DNA of 58,988 nucleotides, filler included, from Dugesia japonica (GCA_001938525.1; 6 parts of 6 records of this genome joined end to end with filler, not necessarily neighbours in it), one strand, 5' to 3'; positions 13,195 to 24,564 are shown, counted from the whole stretch's first letter. Notes: generated by a model from the sequence alone, not told the origin. Numbers and translations: made by a program.

Positions 13195-14256
13195 AATGAT
13201 TGAGTTTATCCAACCACCTATTTGTTTGATTCGAAAACAACGCCAGACAGCTAAACTAAAAAACAATTGTTGAATCACCTTTTATCCCGCGGCAAGGTCG
13301 AGCATCCCGACGAGACTGATTTACAGTGTTTCGTCGAGATGTTCCCTGTAAATTTCCAGTGGAAATAGATGCTGAAAATTAAAAATATTATATTGGTTGT
13401 TTCTATAAAATAAATAATAGACCAGTGGTTTTGATAGCTAAATCTCGTATTGCATTAATTTGTATGTATTATTATAAATTTCGATGCTATTCAATAGATA
13501 CCATTTTATTTTTATAGTGAATCATAAGTGGGAAATCCTACTTGACCAAAGGACCGGTCGTACTATATAAAAATCCGTACGATCGAAATGCCGGTGTCCT
13601 AGTAGATTGAGCAAATGTGTCGGTTGAGACTGCAGAAGAAGAAAGAGAATGAGATGCGAACGCCTATTACAACTGGAATGGGCCTGACTGCACGCGTGCA
13701 ATCTATCATTCGATTACAACTACCCTGTTAAGTGCTAGCAGGGAGCCACAGATCACCCAGGAATGGCACGAAGGTCCATCAGCCGTGAGCATCATCACGA
13801 ATCTTCTCACTGCTAGTCACAATTTAACGGCCTTTGTCCATGATAATTTATGGAGCATAAGGAATACATCCGATAACAGTAGTGATGAGACTGTAGCCTC
13901 GACTCCAATTAATTCATGAGCATGTGTTGTTATTATAACCTCTTTCGTGTTTTAATAAATATTATTAGTCTTCTTAATTGTCTTAATAATAAATGCTTGC
14001 GTTAAGATCTTTCAATTCATTATAATGTTAAATAAGATATAACATTGCTTTGTTTTTAATTAATTGCTCTAGCTTTTAAAACTTATTAACCAATAAACTT
14101 CGTTTTAAAGTGCATTCTTCTCTTAATCGCTCCACGGTGCCCACAAAGAAAATAAGAGACGGTAGCGAGGATCCCGAAATGACATGGGACCTCTATCGTC
14201 TTGAAATCAGAATTTAGTGGGCAGCCAAGAAATTTACGATTAACAATAATCTCGTT
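13195..14256 (+). pseudogene. Unknown multi-exon accessory gene, copy 2 (exons A ~13195-13370, B 13518-~13916, C ~14095-14256)
   Basis: Exon A: LIRKQRQTAKLKT..VEHPDETDLQCFVEMF. Exon B after TTTATAG: SGKSY..DQRTG..NPYDRNAGVLVD*AN..AYYNWNGPD. Exon C: DPEMTWDLYRL. Confidence 0.6.
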
Positions 14257-14619
14257 NNNNNNNNNNNNNNNNNNNNNNNNNNNNNNNNNNNNNNNNNNNN
14301 NNNNNNNNNATGTATTCGTGTGAATATAAAAGAGCACAATAAATTATCTTAACTGAATTTTTGGTTTAATTTATTTTTGAGGAAAATATGCTATCTATTT
14401 AGTTCATAATTTGATCTCTGAGAATGAATGTTTAACTAATTACCCAGTTATTTTTAAGAAATATATAATAGTTACCTAACTGATAAGTTAATTATTAGTA
14501 AATAAGCTATTNNNNNNNNNNNNNNNNNNNNNNNNNNNNNNNNNNNNNNNNNNNNNNNNNNNNNNNNNNNNNNNNNNNNNNNNNNNNNNNNNNNNNNNNN
14601 NNNNNNNNNNNNNNNNNTA

Positions 14620-15370
14620 TAATCCGATTTCATATTCAGAGTTCGCAGTATTAAAATTCCAACACGTGAATGTCTATCTTGAGCGCGAGTTAACAATTGT
14701 CAAGAAGATAGTGCTGACGTAAAATTATTTTTATTATAAGCGCTATGATCAGCAGTTCCGATGATTCAATCAATATCTGATGTAAATCCGCAGTGAAACG
14801 GTTTATCGATGTCATGATTATCTCCTTCCACGTAGTAGATATTTTTGCAAAGTATTCGGCATGTAAGTCGCAAACAACAGAGGACACACAATTTGACAAC
14901 GGTGTGTGTTAGTGTTTTTTGTTTTTGTCTGCATCCAGATAGATGACTAATTCGGCTAGTACTTTTGGTTGTTTATATCTGCGCCACACATTGCATAGAT
15001 AGCGAAGACGAACTTGAGTAACGATTGTTTACTTGGCAGACAATTATGGACTTTTATAGATAAATAATAATGTCGGTATTACCCTTTTCCAATATAAAAT
15101 ACAACAATCACATTTTTTATCAATATCTTTATTCGTAATAGCCTTAAAATTATTTGCTGCAAACCCTGTCAATCTCCATTATCGTTATTATTAATATAAC
15201 TATTTTGTTATTATTATCGGCATCATTAACATTAATTTCATTAATTAATGCTGTTATGAATTTAGTATTATTTCCTATCATTATCCGTGCGGGTATCTCC
15301 CGTATCACTATCGTTACTATACTTGATATTATCAGTATGATTACTAGTATCCTTGCGGTTATTGACATTG
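14620..15370 (-). pseudogene. Degenerate antisense ORF (Asn/Asp-rich N-terminus, then DKKCDCCILYW...VCDLHAEYF)
   Basis: One minus frame runs ~160 codons with only a few stops. It is head-to-head with accessory gene copy 3, the same layout as copy 1. Confidence 0.4.
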
Positions 15371-15372
15371 AC

Positions 15373-16140
15373 GTGGAATTTACCTAATTGATTGGAAATA
15401 TTCCAGAGTATAATTTTTCCGACCGACGCACCGGCGTAGTGTTTAAAAAATACACAAATCTCCACAACCGTAATGCAGGAGTACTGGTCGATAATTCGAA
15501 TATACCTAAGGAAGAGGTCGATAATGAGCGAAAATGGGATGTGGCCAAACGCCAGGATTTTTATACCTGAATGACCCCGACCGGACAAAATAAATCCTGA
15601 ATATAGTTACGTTACCTATTCTTATGATTTCACTGTGTAATTTTTGATACCCTTAAGGTTAAATCTTCTTAAAACATAGAAACTGGTTATGAGATCTTGG
15701 TTTAAATGGTGGCTTATATTTTAAATTTTTTTTTGGGTGTTAATTAATAATTAGACTCTCCTATGATGATTATATTTNNNNNNNNNNNNNNNNNNNNNNN
15801 NNNNNNNNNNNNNNNNNNNNNNNNNNNNNNNNNNNNNNNNNNCCAAGAGATAACATGGGACCTCTACCGTTTAGCAAAGAGTCGATGGGAAGCGGATGTG
15901 GCCACAGCTGATAGTAAGGTAAAACGATATTAGAAAAAATGCGTTGCCTTCCGTAAAGAGGCCGAGACTTCCCATGCCCAAGAGAGAATATGGAGAGGAC
16001 AAGTTAAGTCCCTCATAAAGATAATCTGGTTCCACTATAACTGAGAAAATAAGCTGGTCGATGACATCTTAAAGCTTAAGGGAAGAATGCCTCTTGAGCN
16101 TCTCATGCTCGATAAAGGGACTCAAACCTCGCGGTCGTGA
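15373..16140 (+). pseudogene. Unknown multi-exon accessory gene, copy 3 (exon B ~15373-15590, exon C 15844-16140)
   Basis: Exon B: DRRTGVVFKKYTNLHNRNAGVLVDNSN..RKWDVAKRQDFY. Exon C: QEITWDLYRLAKSRWEADVATADSKVKRY*..LMLDKGTQTSRS*, followed by AATAAA. Confidence 0.6.
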
Positions 16141-16589
16141 TTGCTTATGTATTGCCAATGATGTAAATAAATATTTCGCCTTTGATAGTGATTTGTTTTC
16201 AGTCATCCGTTCCTTTTATTTTCTTTGTAATTGAACATTAAATTTAATGAGTTAATAGTTAATTTTGATTGTTATTTCTTTTAGTGCCGCGTGTTGAGAA
16301 TTGCAAATATATAAAACACAACATAGCACGTAAACATAACATCATACAGTTCAATCAGATAAATTCAACTCAACATTCAAAAAGCAGAGTTAACAGTTTC
16401 AACTCAGCTCAACAGTCAAAAACCAGATCCAATAAAATCCCCATCCAATCAGTTCAATNATCAGACATTTAAAAGACTTCATGATGTGTAAAATATCTGT
16501 GTTTTCTGAAATTAACTTATCTGTTTATTTTACAATTATTTGCTGATTGTGTATTTCTGGTTATATTTTTTTTATGAAATTAATTTTCA

Positions 16590-16800
16590 GTTAGCTATAT
16601 TTTCTGAAATCAATAATTTCGTTAAGGCAAATATTTGCAGGTGTAATTATTTTTATGAAAAATTATTTGCAGGTGTTTCTGAAATCAATAATACTGTTTA
16701 TAAAAATTGAGGCAATTATTGTTTTTACAAAAAATTATTTGTAGGTGTAATTATTTTTATGAAAATTATTTGAAGGTGTAGTTGTTTTTATAAAAAAATA
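16590..16800. repeat. Degenerate ~30-bp tandem repeats (attatttgcaggtgtaattatttttatgaaaa) upstream of the LTR TATA box
   Basis: Four to five visible variants of tttg(c/t/a)aggtgt..attatttttat. Confidence 0.7.
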
Positions 16801-16844
16801 TTGACTTTTTTTCTGTAATTAATCTAGAAATGCATGTTCACCTC

Positions 16845-17216
16845 GTATGTGTATGAGACAAATCCAGTATAAATACTGAGCTAATTCAGAGTAGAAACAG
16901 ACTTAAAAATTATTGGACACTCCAAACACTTCGAGCGGCAGTCGTCCATTTAATTTAAATTTAACCGATAAGGATCATAAGCTTTATATTTGTATTATTG
17001 TATATACCCTAAAATAAATTTTACAAGGTATATTGTTTTACTTATATAGAAATAATACACGATATTACCATTTTATATTTTGATAAATTATCATTTATAT
17101 AATATTTTACTCTATAAAGGGTAAAATCAACACCCGTAATCTCATAGACATTTGTTATCAATAGTTATAAAATAAACGAACCATAAAATCTCTTTGTTGA
17201 GTTAGAATACCCAACA
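16845..17216 (+). promoter_or_regulatory. 3' part of the 5' LTR (TATA, R, U5) of a Gypsy element
   Basis: CAGTATAAATACTGA at ~16865. The module ends ...CCCAACA a few bases before a PBS and is homologous to 12755-13140. Confidence 0.7.
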
Positions 17217-17220
17217 AATT

Positions 17221-17238
17221 TGGTGCCGCGAACCGGGT
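17221..17238 (+). promoter_or_regulatory. Primer binding site (tRNA-His/Phe-like)
   Basis: TGGTGCCGCGAACCGGG lies directly after the LTR end and upstream of gag. TGGTGCCG is complementary to the 3' CCA end of tRNA-His or tRNA-Phe. Confidence 0.75.
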
Positions 17239-17500
17239 ATCAAAATAATAAAAATTATTAAAATCAGTTTAAAATCAAGAGGGTGTTCAGACCTTTATTA
17301 AAATATAACATGTATTGATCAGTTTGATATCAGATATTGGAGAAAATCCTACTACNNNNNNNNNNNNNNNNNNNNNNNNNNNNNNNNNNNNNNNNNNNTA
17401 TTAGATTTGGATTAAAATTCCTGCCGCAATCTCTTACCAAAGTTCTGATAATATAAAATCAGTTCCCTTAAAATCATAAAGTTAAGAGTGATTCAAAGTT

Positions 17501-17631
17501 TACCGGTTGAAACGAAACCAAAGAAATTGTTTGATTAGTGTACCAGTTGAAACAAAACCGAAGAAATTGTTTGATTAGTGTACCGGTTGAAACAAAACCG
17601 AAGAAAATAATTATTAGTATTCCAGTTGAAA
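17501..17631. repeat. 40-bp tandem repeat (~3.3 copies) in the retrotransposon 5' leader
   Basis: tacc(g/a)gttgaaac(g/a)aaacc(a/g)aagaaattgtttgattagtg repeated with period 40. Confidence 0.9.
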
Positions 17632-17697
17632 GAAACTGAAGGAATAACCATTTAAGAGAATAAAGTATGGAAATTGCGAAACAGAGATATCCAAAAA

Positions 17698-19733
17698 ATG
17701 GCTGCAGCAAATAATAATAATAATGAAAATTTGCAATTTAAAAATTTAACAATTAGTGATCAAGTAGGCGGTGGATTTGGACACCGCGGTACTTTGAATA
17801 TACTACCAATACAATTTTTTGCAGGGAAACCTGAGCAGATGCAGGTTTGTGCCACAGCCTGTTGATGGACAGAAGCAGAATTAATTAAAAGATTGCCACT
17901 TTATCTAAGAGTACGCATTAAAATGTTATAAGAATTTGGACGTCAAACCGGAAAAATGGACTGAGCTAATAATGAAGTTGAGGAAAAAGATAATAGTCCC
18001 AAGTGAACTAGAGAGAATTTGTATACAAAAGTTTATATATAGAACACAATTAGCAAATGAAACAGTGGGCGAGTATATATATGAGCTAACACGGTTAGCG
18101 GAACAAGGGGATAATACTGGCCATATTATAGAATTTCAATTTCTGAACGGGACACATAAACATATTCTAGATGCTCTAATTGCAGCAGAATATAAAGATT
18201 TAGAGGAACTGACCACAAAAGCAAGTCGAATTGAGGCGAATACTAAACATAAANNNAAAACCAGACAAATATATACAATTGAAGCAAGTAACGAGGAATC
18301 ATCATGGAATGAGATGAGGAAAGCATATCAAAATCGGCAAGATAGTAGAAAAGATCAAAATGTGAAATTTAAAACGGACTATTATCAAAGAAATGATAGC
18401 ATTTACAACAGAAATTCAAGTCCTGGGAGAAATTACAATAACTATAAATATAAATTCAAGCCCAGGTAGAAATTATGATAGGAACGCAAGTCCAGAAAAA
18501 GGATATAATCGAGGATATAGTCCAAAAAGATATGATAATAGAAGAAGCCCAAGTCCGTATTTTTCAAATGAAGGTAGAGATAAATTGAATAACAAAGGCC
18601 AAATAAAGTATTATAATTGCAATAAGTATGGACATATAACAAGAGTATGTAGAAGCAAACCAAGTGATTCTAGAGGTATTCTTAAGAATGATGTATCATT
18701 CAGTCCGGATACAAGAGAAGCTAATGCTATTGAAGTAATAGATAATGACGTTTAAGAGAATATGAGAATTGAGTTGGAAGACATGAAAATACATTATCAA
18801 CGTATGATGGAGAGACAACAAGAGAGAGAGAGGAATATAAAATAAATGTGTGAACCAACAGAAGTAGATTTAGATGCAATAGACGAAAAGAAGCAAGAAA
18901 TATTGATAGAGAATATCCGATTAGAAATAACAAACGAAAGAACTAATGAGCTTAGATTGTTGCAATATTTGAAAGATGTCAATGAGTATCCTATCAACTT
19001 TCAAAAAGTCAAACCAGTCATAATTATTTTAGCAAAAAATCGAAGCAAGATAGAAATATCAGAGAATTTTGAGGCAATAGATGAAATATTTCAGAAATAT
19101 AGCGAACATGTAAAGAGAAATGAAACGTGGCAAGAATCGTTAAATATCAAAGTAGTAGCAGGAAAAAATGAATGTTCTGTAACAGCATTAGAATTGACAA
19201 TGCANNNNNNNNNNNNNNNNNNNNNNNNNNNNNNNNNNNNNNNNNNNNNNNNNNCAGTATTGTTACAAAATGAAGATGTGATACAACTATCGTTTTATAA
19301 TACAGAATTAAATGAGAATAGAACATTGGTGGAATATGGAATTATTCCAGGTAATGTTAATATCATAAAAGCAACAATAATGAAACATACGCCACAAGCA
19401 TTGACAAATGAGCAACAGCAATCTATGGAGGAAATTTTGAGTATGTTGGCACAAGCAGATAAAGTTAAGGAAGAAAGCGCAAGACAGCAAGAAAAAGAGA
19501 CAGAACAGTCACCAACATCGACCACAAGGAATGAAAAACCATAAACATCAGATAATGTAAGAAACAAAATGCTAAGACAAACAATATTTAAAGACAAAGT
19601 ATCAGATAACAAAAGATCAGGAGGTAAACCAAAATTAGAGGATATAATACCAGAAAAATTGCAAGCTGAACATTTAAATAATATATCACAAAGGTATGAT
19701 GAGCGAGCATCAGCAGGATCAGATCAAGGACTT
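17698..19733 (+). mobile_element. Ty3/Gypsy gag (capsid plus CCHC knuckle) with an extended C-terminal region including a ubiquitin-like domain; frameshifted, truncated by the scaffold end
   Basis: ATG at 17698. W.EAELIKRLPLYL and RTQLANETVGEYIYELTRLA..QFLNG are retrotransposon gag motifs. An RS/P-rich linker is followed by the YYNCNKYGHITRVC knuckle. IQLSFYNTELNENRTLVEYGI lies in ORF 18846-19544. Confidence 0.85.
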
Positions 19734-19833
19734 NNNNNNNNNNNNNNNNNNNNNNNNNNNNNNNNNNNNNNNNNNNNTTAATTAATTAANNNNNNNNNNN
19801 NNNNNNNNNNNNNNNNNNNNNNNNNNNNNNNNN
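19734..19833. other. Artificial scaffold linker
   Basis: 44N-TTAATTAATTAA-44N. Confidence 0.95.
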
Positions 19834-20512
19834 AGTTCTTTATTTATGAAAGCAACTACAATCAAACTCCTTTGGCCTTTCTTTGTTCCGGTTATATCAA
19901 AATATTTTGTTATCTTCAGAATAAATTTTACGACATCATCGTCCAATTTGAAAAGTCCAGAGTTCATGGTTTCTATTAGCAAATCCAATGATGCGTGGTC
20001 AACATATTAGTTAAATTCAAAACTTCACAACTCTCCATANNNNNNNNNNNNNNNNNNNNNNNNNNNNNNNNNNNNNNNNNNNNNNNNNNTAGCTTTTTTG
20101 TTAAGTCCTCTTTGTTTCATTTATGAGCCATTAACTTTTTTACGAATCCTTCAATCTTTTTTTAATAGATATTTATATGCTCTTCCTTCCTTCAATAATT
20201 TTGAGCTTCTTTCATATCTTTAATCATTGTCGATGGCTTAAAGAAAGCTTTTCTGAATCGTTCTTCAAATCCCAATGATTTATCTACTTTTTCAAAGATT
20301 TCACACAGTTCTTTATTTATGAAAGCAACTACAATCAAACTCCTTTAGCCTTTCTTTGTTCCGGTTATATCAAAATATTTTGTTGTCTTCAGAATAAATT
20401 TTACGACATCATCGTCCAATTTGAAAAGTCCAGAGTTCATGGTTTCTATTAGCAAATCTAATGATGCGTGGTCAACATATTAGTTAAATTCAAAACTTCA
20501 CAACTCTCCATA
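19834..20512 (-). mobile_element. Probable Gypsy gag-like remnant (part duplicated across a gap)
   Basis: Minus frame FKLDDDVVKFILK..FEERFRKAFFKPSTMIKDMKEAQNY..IEGFVKKLM. 19834-20039 nearly duplicates 20307-20512. Confidence 0.45.
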
Positions 20513-21055
20513 AATTTTATTTATTATTATAAGTGTATTTAATTAAAATAAAAATTAAGGAAAGATTTCTCAGATATTTAAATCTATGAATAATTCTTAC
20601 AATAGTGTATAGGATTTTTAAATATATAAAGTTTGTGAGTATATAGGGTTTATGATTGTATAGGGTTTATGAGTATCTAGGAATTTATTTTTAAAAAGAC
20701 ATGTCCTATTTATATAATTCATTATTAATTCAAACATCCCCTCTTTCATTCAAACTCAAATTCATCTAAAACTCNNNNNNNNNNNNNNNNNNNNNNNNNN
20801 NNNNNNNNNNNNNNNNNNNNNNNNNNNNNNNNNNNNNNNNNNNNNNNNNNNNNNNNNNNNNNNNNNNNNNNNNNNNNNNNNNNNNNNNNNNNNNNNNNNN
20901 NNNNNNNNNNNNNNNNNNNNNNNNNNNNNNNNNNNNNNNNNNNNNNNNNNNNNNNNNNNNNNNNNNNNNNNNNNNNNNNNNNNNNNNNNNNNNNNNNNNN
21001 NNCATCATCTACTCCTACTCACCCTTGTACTTGCTCCTGCAATTATTAAAAATAA

Positions 21056-24000
21056 TTAAACAGTAAAATTACCATTGTCCGACTTTAGACTTTTCATATT
21101 CTGGCATGTTCTGCATGATTTTGCACAATTTTCACTCATCCAAATTTTATTTCGATTGCATTCTCCCCTTCTAGCCCAGGTTGAGCACCTTATATTTGAA
21201 AATTTATCAAAACAATTATGTTCCGCTATTTTCCCCGTTATACACGCGTTGCATGCTTTTCGACAATGAATTCTCATATAAGAAGGATTTGTTTCACACT
21301 GATCTTGTCTTGCCCAATATGAACAATGTAAATCACCAGCAATATTTTTACATTGTGACTTAATCGCTTTCTTTTGTGAAGTTAAAAGTAAACTTGATGA
21401 ATTCAAGTTACATTTATCGCATATCAAAGCGCATTGTAAACTCATTGTATAAGGAAATCGTTCACAGTGTCCTAACGATTTCCATTTGGTACAATTTCTA
21501 TTACCCGCTTGATTTCTGCAATTAGAGAATTTATTTTCCGAAATACGCCGAGAACAATTTGAGCAAGACTTGTCACAAACGAATAAAACAAAATTACTTT
21601 TACATTTTCGATTATTTGCCCATTCATTACAAATTTTATCATTGTAAATATTTTTACATATTTTCTTTTTGAATTTATGAATTGACGTGGAGTTTTCCGT
21701 TTTTGTATTACAATAACCACAAGATTTAGCGCAATTATCTTTCATAAATATCGAATTCTTTTCACATTCACCTATTTCTTTCCATGATTCACATGTCATT
21801 TCACCATACTTATTTTTACATCTATTGGAACTGCGTTTGTCTGATTCCTCAATTTCAAAATTTAATATAGAACATTTTCCACATGATTTCATACAAAGCA
21901 TTAACATAAATTTCATATTTTTTGAACATTTCCCTTTTTTTGCCCAACTCTCACATGATTGATCATTGTAAACATTTTGACATTCCAATGTTTTTTTGCA
22001 TCGACCACACGATCTTCGACATTGAGAGAACATAAGTTTAAAATTAGTTTTACAATCCCCGTTCTTTTTCCATTCTTCACAGAGTTCATCTCTGTATAAA
22101 TTCTGACAACTGACAGAAGGAAAAAGAGTTTTTGAAAAAACTGGCGTACTTTTACTCGATATTGGACTGGCTGTGGATAGGTCGATTGGATATGTGAGTT
22201 GAGTTGTTTGGCAAATTTTACATGATTTAGCACAATTCGGTAGCATATATTTCGGATTTTTCTCACATTCACCTAATTCACTCCAATTTTCACAGGATTT
22301 ATCATCAACTTTATTTTTACAAATTTCAAATCTTTTCGGCATTGATAGACAATTTCCACAGGATTTTGCACAGCTTTTCAGCATGTATTTTGGATTTTTC
22401 AAACATTCTCCAGTGCCAGCCCACAACTCACATGATTCTTCGTCGATTTTGTTCGAACAAGAATTATTCATTTCCATCAATTTTCCGTAGTATGTACAAT
22501 TATTACAGGTTTTACCGCACATCTGAAGCATATAAATCGGATTTTCTTCACAGTAGAACTTTTTCGCGAAATCATCACATTGTTCATCTTTAAGGAGATT
22601 TTTACAATTTGACTTTTTTATCTTTGAGTCACAATACTCACAAGATTTTCTACATTGTAATTTCATAAATTCCGGATTTTTCCGGCATTCGCCCGATTGT
22701 TTCCATTTGTCACAATGGATATTATTATAAACATTTTCACATTTTTCTAATAAATAATTTATGTTATTTACAGTTTGTCGACATTTTCCGCATGCTTTAG
22801 CACATTTATTAAGAACGTTCCGATTATTTCCATGACAAAGACCTTTTGATTTCCATTTATTACAAAGTAAATCACTATAAATATTCTCACAAATTATTTG
22901 TTCGAACACCGTTTCATTTTCTCTTCGGCATGTACCACAAGTTTTACCGCAATTTTCCAACATAAACTTTCGATTGGTTTTACATTCTCCATCGGTTTTC
23001 CAAATCTCACAAAATTTCTCTTCGAATTTATTTAGACAAACAAAATTTGAAATTCCTTTACTTTTCAAATCACAACTTCCGCAAGATTTTGCACAATGAT
23101 GAAGCATAAAATTAGGATTTTTATAACATCGTCCAACTTTTTCCCATAATCTACATAATTCTTTTTTATACAAATCAGAACATTCTGTATAACTACTAGA
23201 ATTACAACGACCACATGATTTAGCACATTGAACCATCATAAAAACCGAATTTTTCGAACAATTATCATTTCTACTCCAGACTTCACAAACTTTATCGGGA
23301 TTTAAATTTCTGCAACCAACATTATTTATTCCTACCAAGCATAACTTACATGTTTTTGCACAATTAATTGACATATTAATAATATCTGATTTACATTTAC
23401 CTTCACTCGCTAATTTCTTACATATATGATCTGCTTCTAAATTTTTACAACTATTATTTTTTACATCTACACAATTCCAGCAGGTTTTACCACATTTTGC
23501 CAACATAAAATACGGATATTTCTCACATTGACCTTTCTTTTTCAAAGTTTCACATTTTCTATCACCGTAAATATTTTTACATGTTATATTCTTAGATAAT
23601 TTCCCATCGGAATTCATCGAACAAACATCGCAAGTTTTCATACAGTGTTTTCTCATAAATTCCGAATCCGACTGACATTTGCCAACAATGGAAAATTTTT
23701 CACAAACCTCATCTTTGAAAATATTTTTACAATTCAAAGAATCAGGTTTACGAAGTTTACAAAACTTACAAGTTTTCTTACACATTTTATACATATAATT
23801 TGTGCCACATTCATTGTTTTTTGCCCAGCTCTGACAAGTTTCTACACTTAATTTATCAGAACAAAATTCGTTGATTTTCCAAATTTTTGTCGATATTGCT
23901 TTCAAACCGCAAAAGCCGCAAGCTTTTTGACAATTGNTTTCCATAAATGTTTTATTTTCCACACAATTTCCAATTGATTCCAATCTGTCGCAGTGTTCAT

Positions 24001-24386
24001 CATCCAGTTTATTTCGACAAATTCTCAGTGATACTGGAGTTGTTGTTTCTTCTATGCAAATACCACACGATTTTTTACATTGGATATTCATGAAACCTGC
24101 ATTTTTTTCACATTCTCCACGCTTAGCCCAATTATCACATATTTTATCTTTTTCAAAATTTTTACATCTAAATTAAATGTTTTTTTAAAAAAAATTCAAT
24201 AANTTAAATTNGAATTTTACATTTTTTTTCGCTTTAAAAATTTGGCTTTGTGTTTGAAACATTTGTCGCAAGTTTTCCGACAATAAACTGACATATATTT
24301 CGGATTGTATTCACATTTGCCTGTTTTTTTCTGTTCTTCACACCATTCGTTGTCATTTTTATTTCGGCACCTTCGAGATTCGAAAG
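21056..24386 (-). CDS. Multi-ShKT-domain protein (22 ShK toxin-like domains); exons 24386-24221 and 24167-21056, 5' end not located
   Basis: An intact ORF of >1000 aa carries 21 six-cysteine ShKT repeats ending CxxxCxxC, and the upstream exon carries one more. The 53-bp GT-AG intron 24220-24168 is in phase (AT|A). The exon at 24386 begins at a splice acceptor. Confidence 0.93.
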
Positions 24387-24399
24387 CTAGAATAAAATT

Positions 24400-24403
24400 A
24401 TTA

Positions 24404-24465
<62 letters not shown>

Positions 24466-24515
24466 NNNNNNNNNNNNNNNNNNNNNNNNNNNNNNNNNNN
24501 NNNNNNNNNNNNNNN

Positions 24516-24564
<49 letters not shown>

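Noticed and set aside
13590-13700. In-frame TGA at conserved positions, suggesting an alternative code or selenocysteine
   Set aside because: The stops align to Arg (consistent with CGA>TGA) and Trp (TGG>TGA) in paralogues and co-occur with frameshifts, which is ordinary decay.
17501-17631. Regularly spaced repeats resembling a CRISPR array
   Set aside because: This is a pure 40-bp tandem repeat with no unique spacers, inside a eukaryotic retrotransposon leader.
19834-20512. Near-identical 205-bp direct duplication (19834-20039 versus 20307-20512)
   Set aside because: It abuts N gaps at a scaffold end and differs at only a few bases, so it is most likely an unmerged allelic contig overlap.
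21075-24176. Several short ORFs overlapping the ShKT gene
   Set aside because: They are alternative-frame or antisense shadows of the long ORF.
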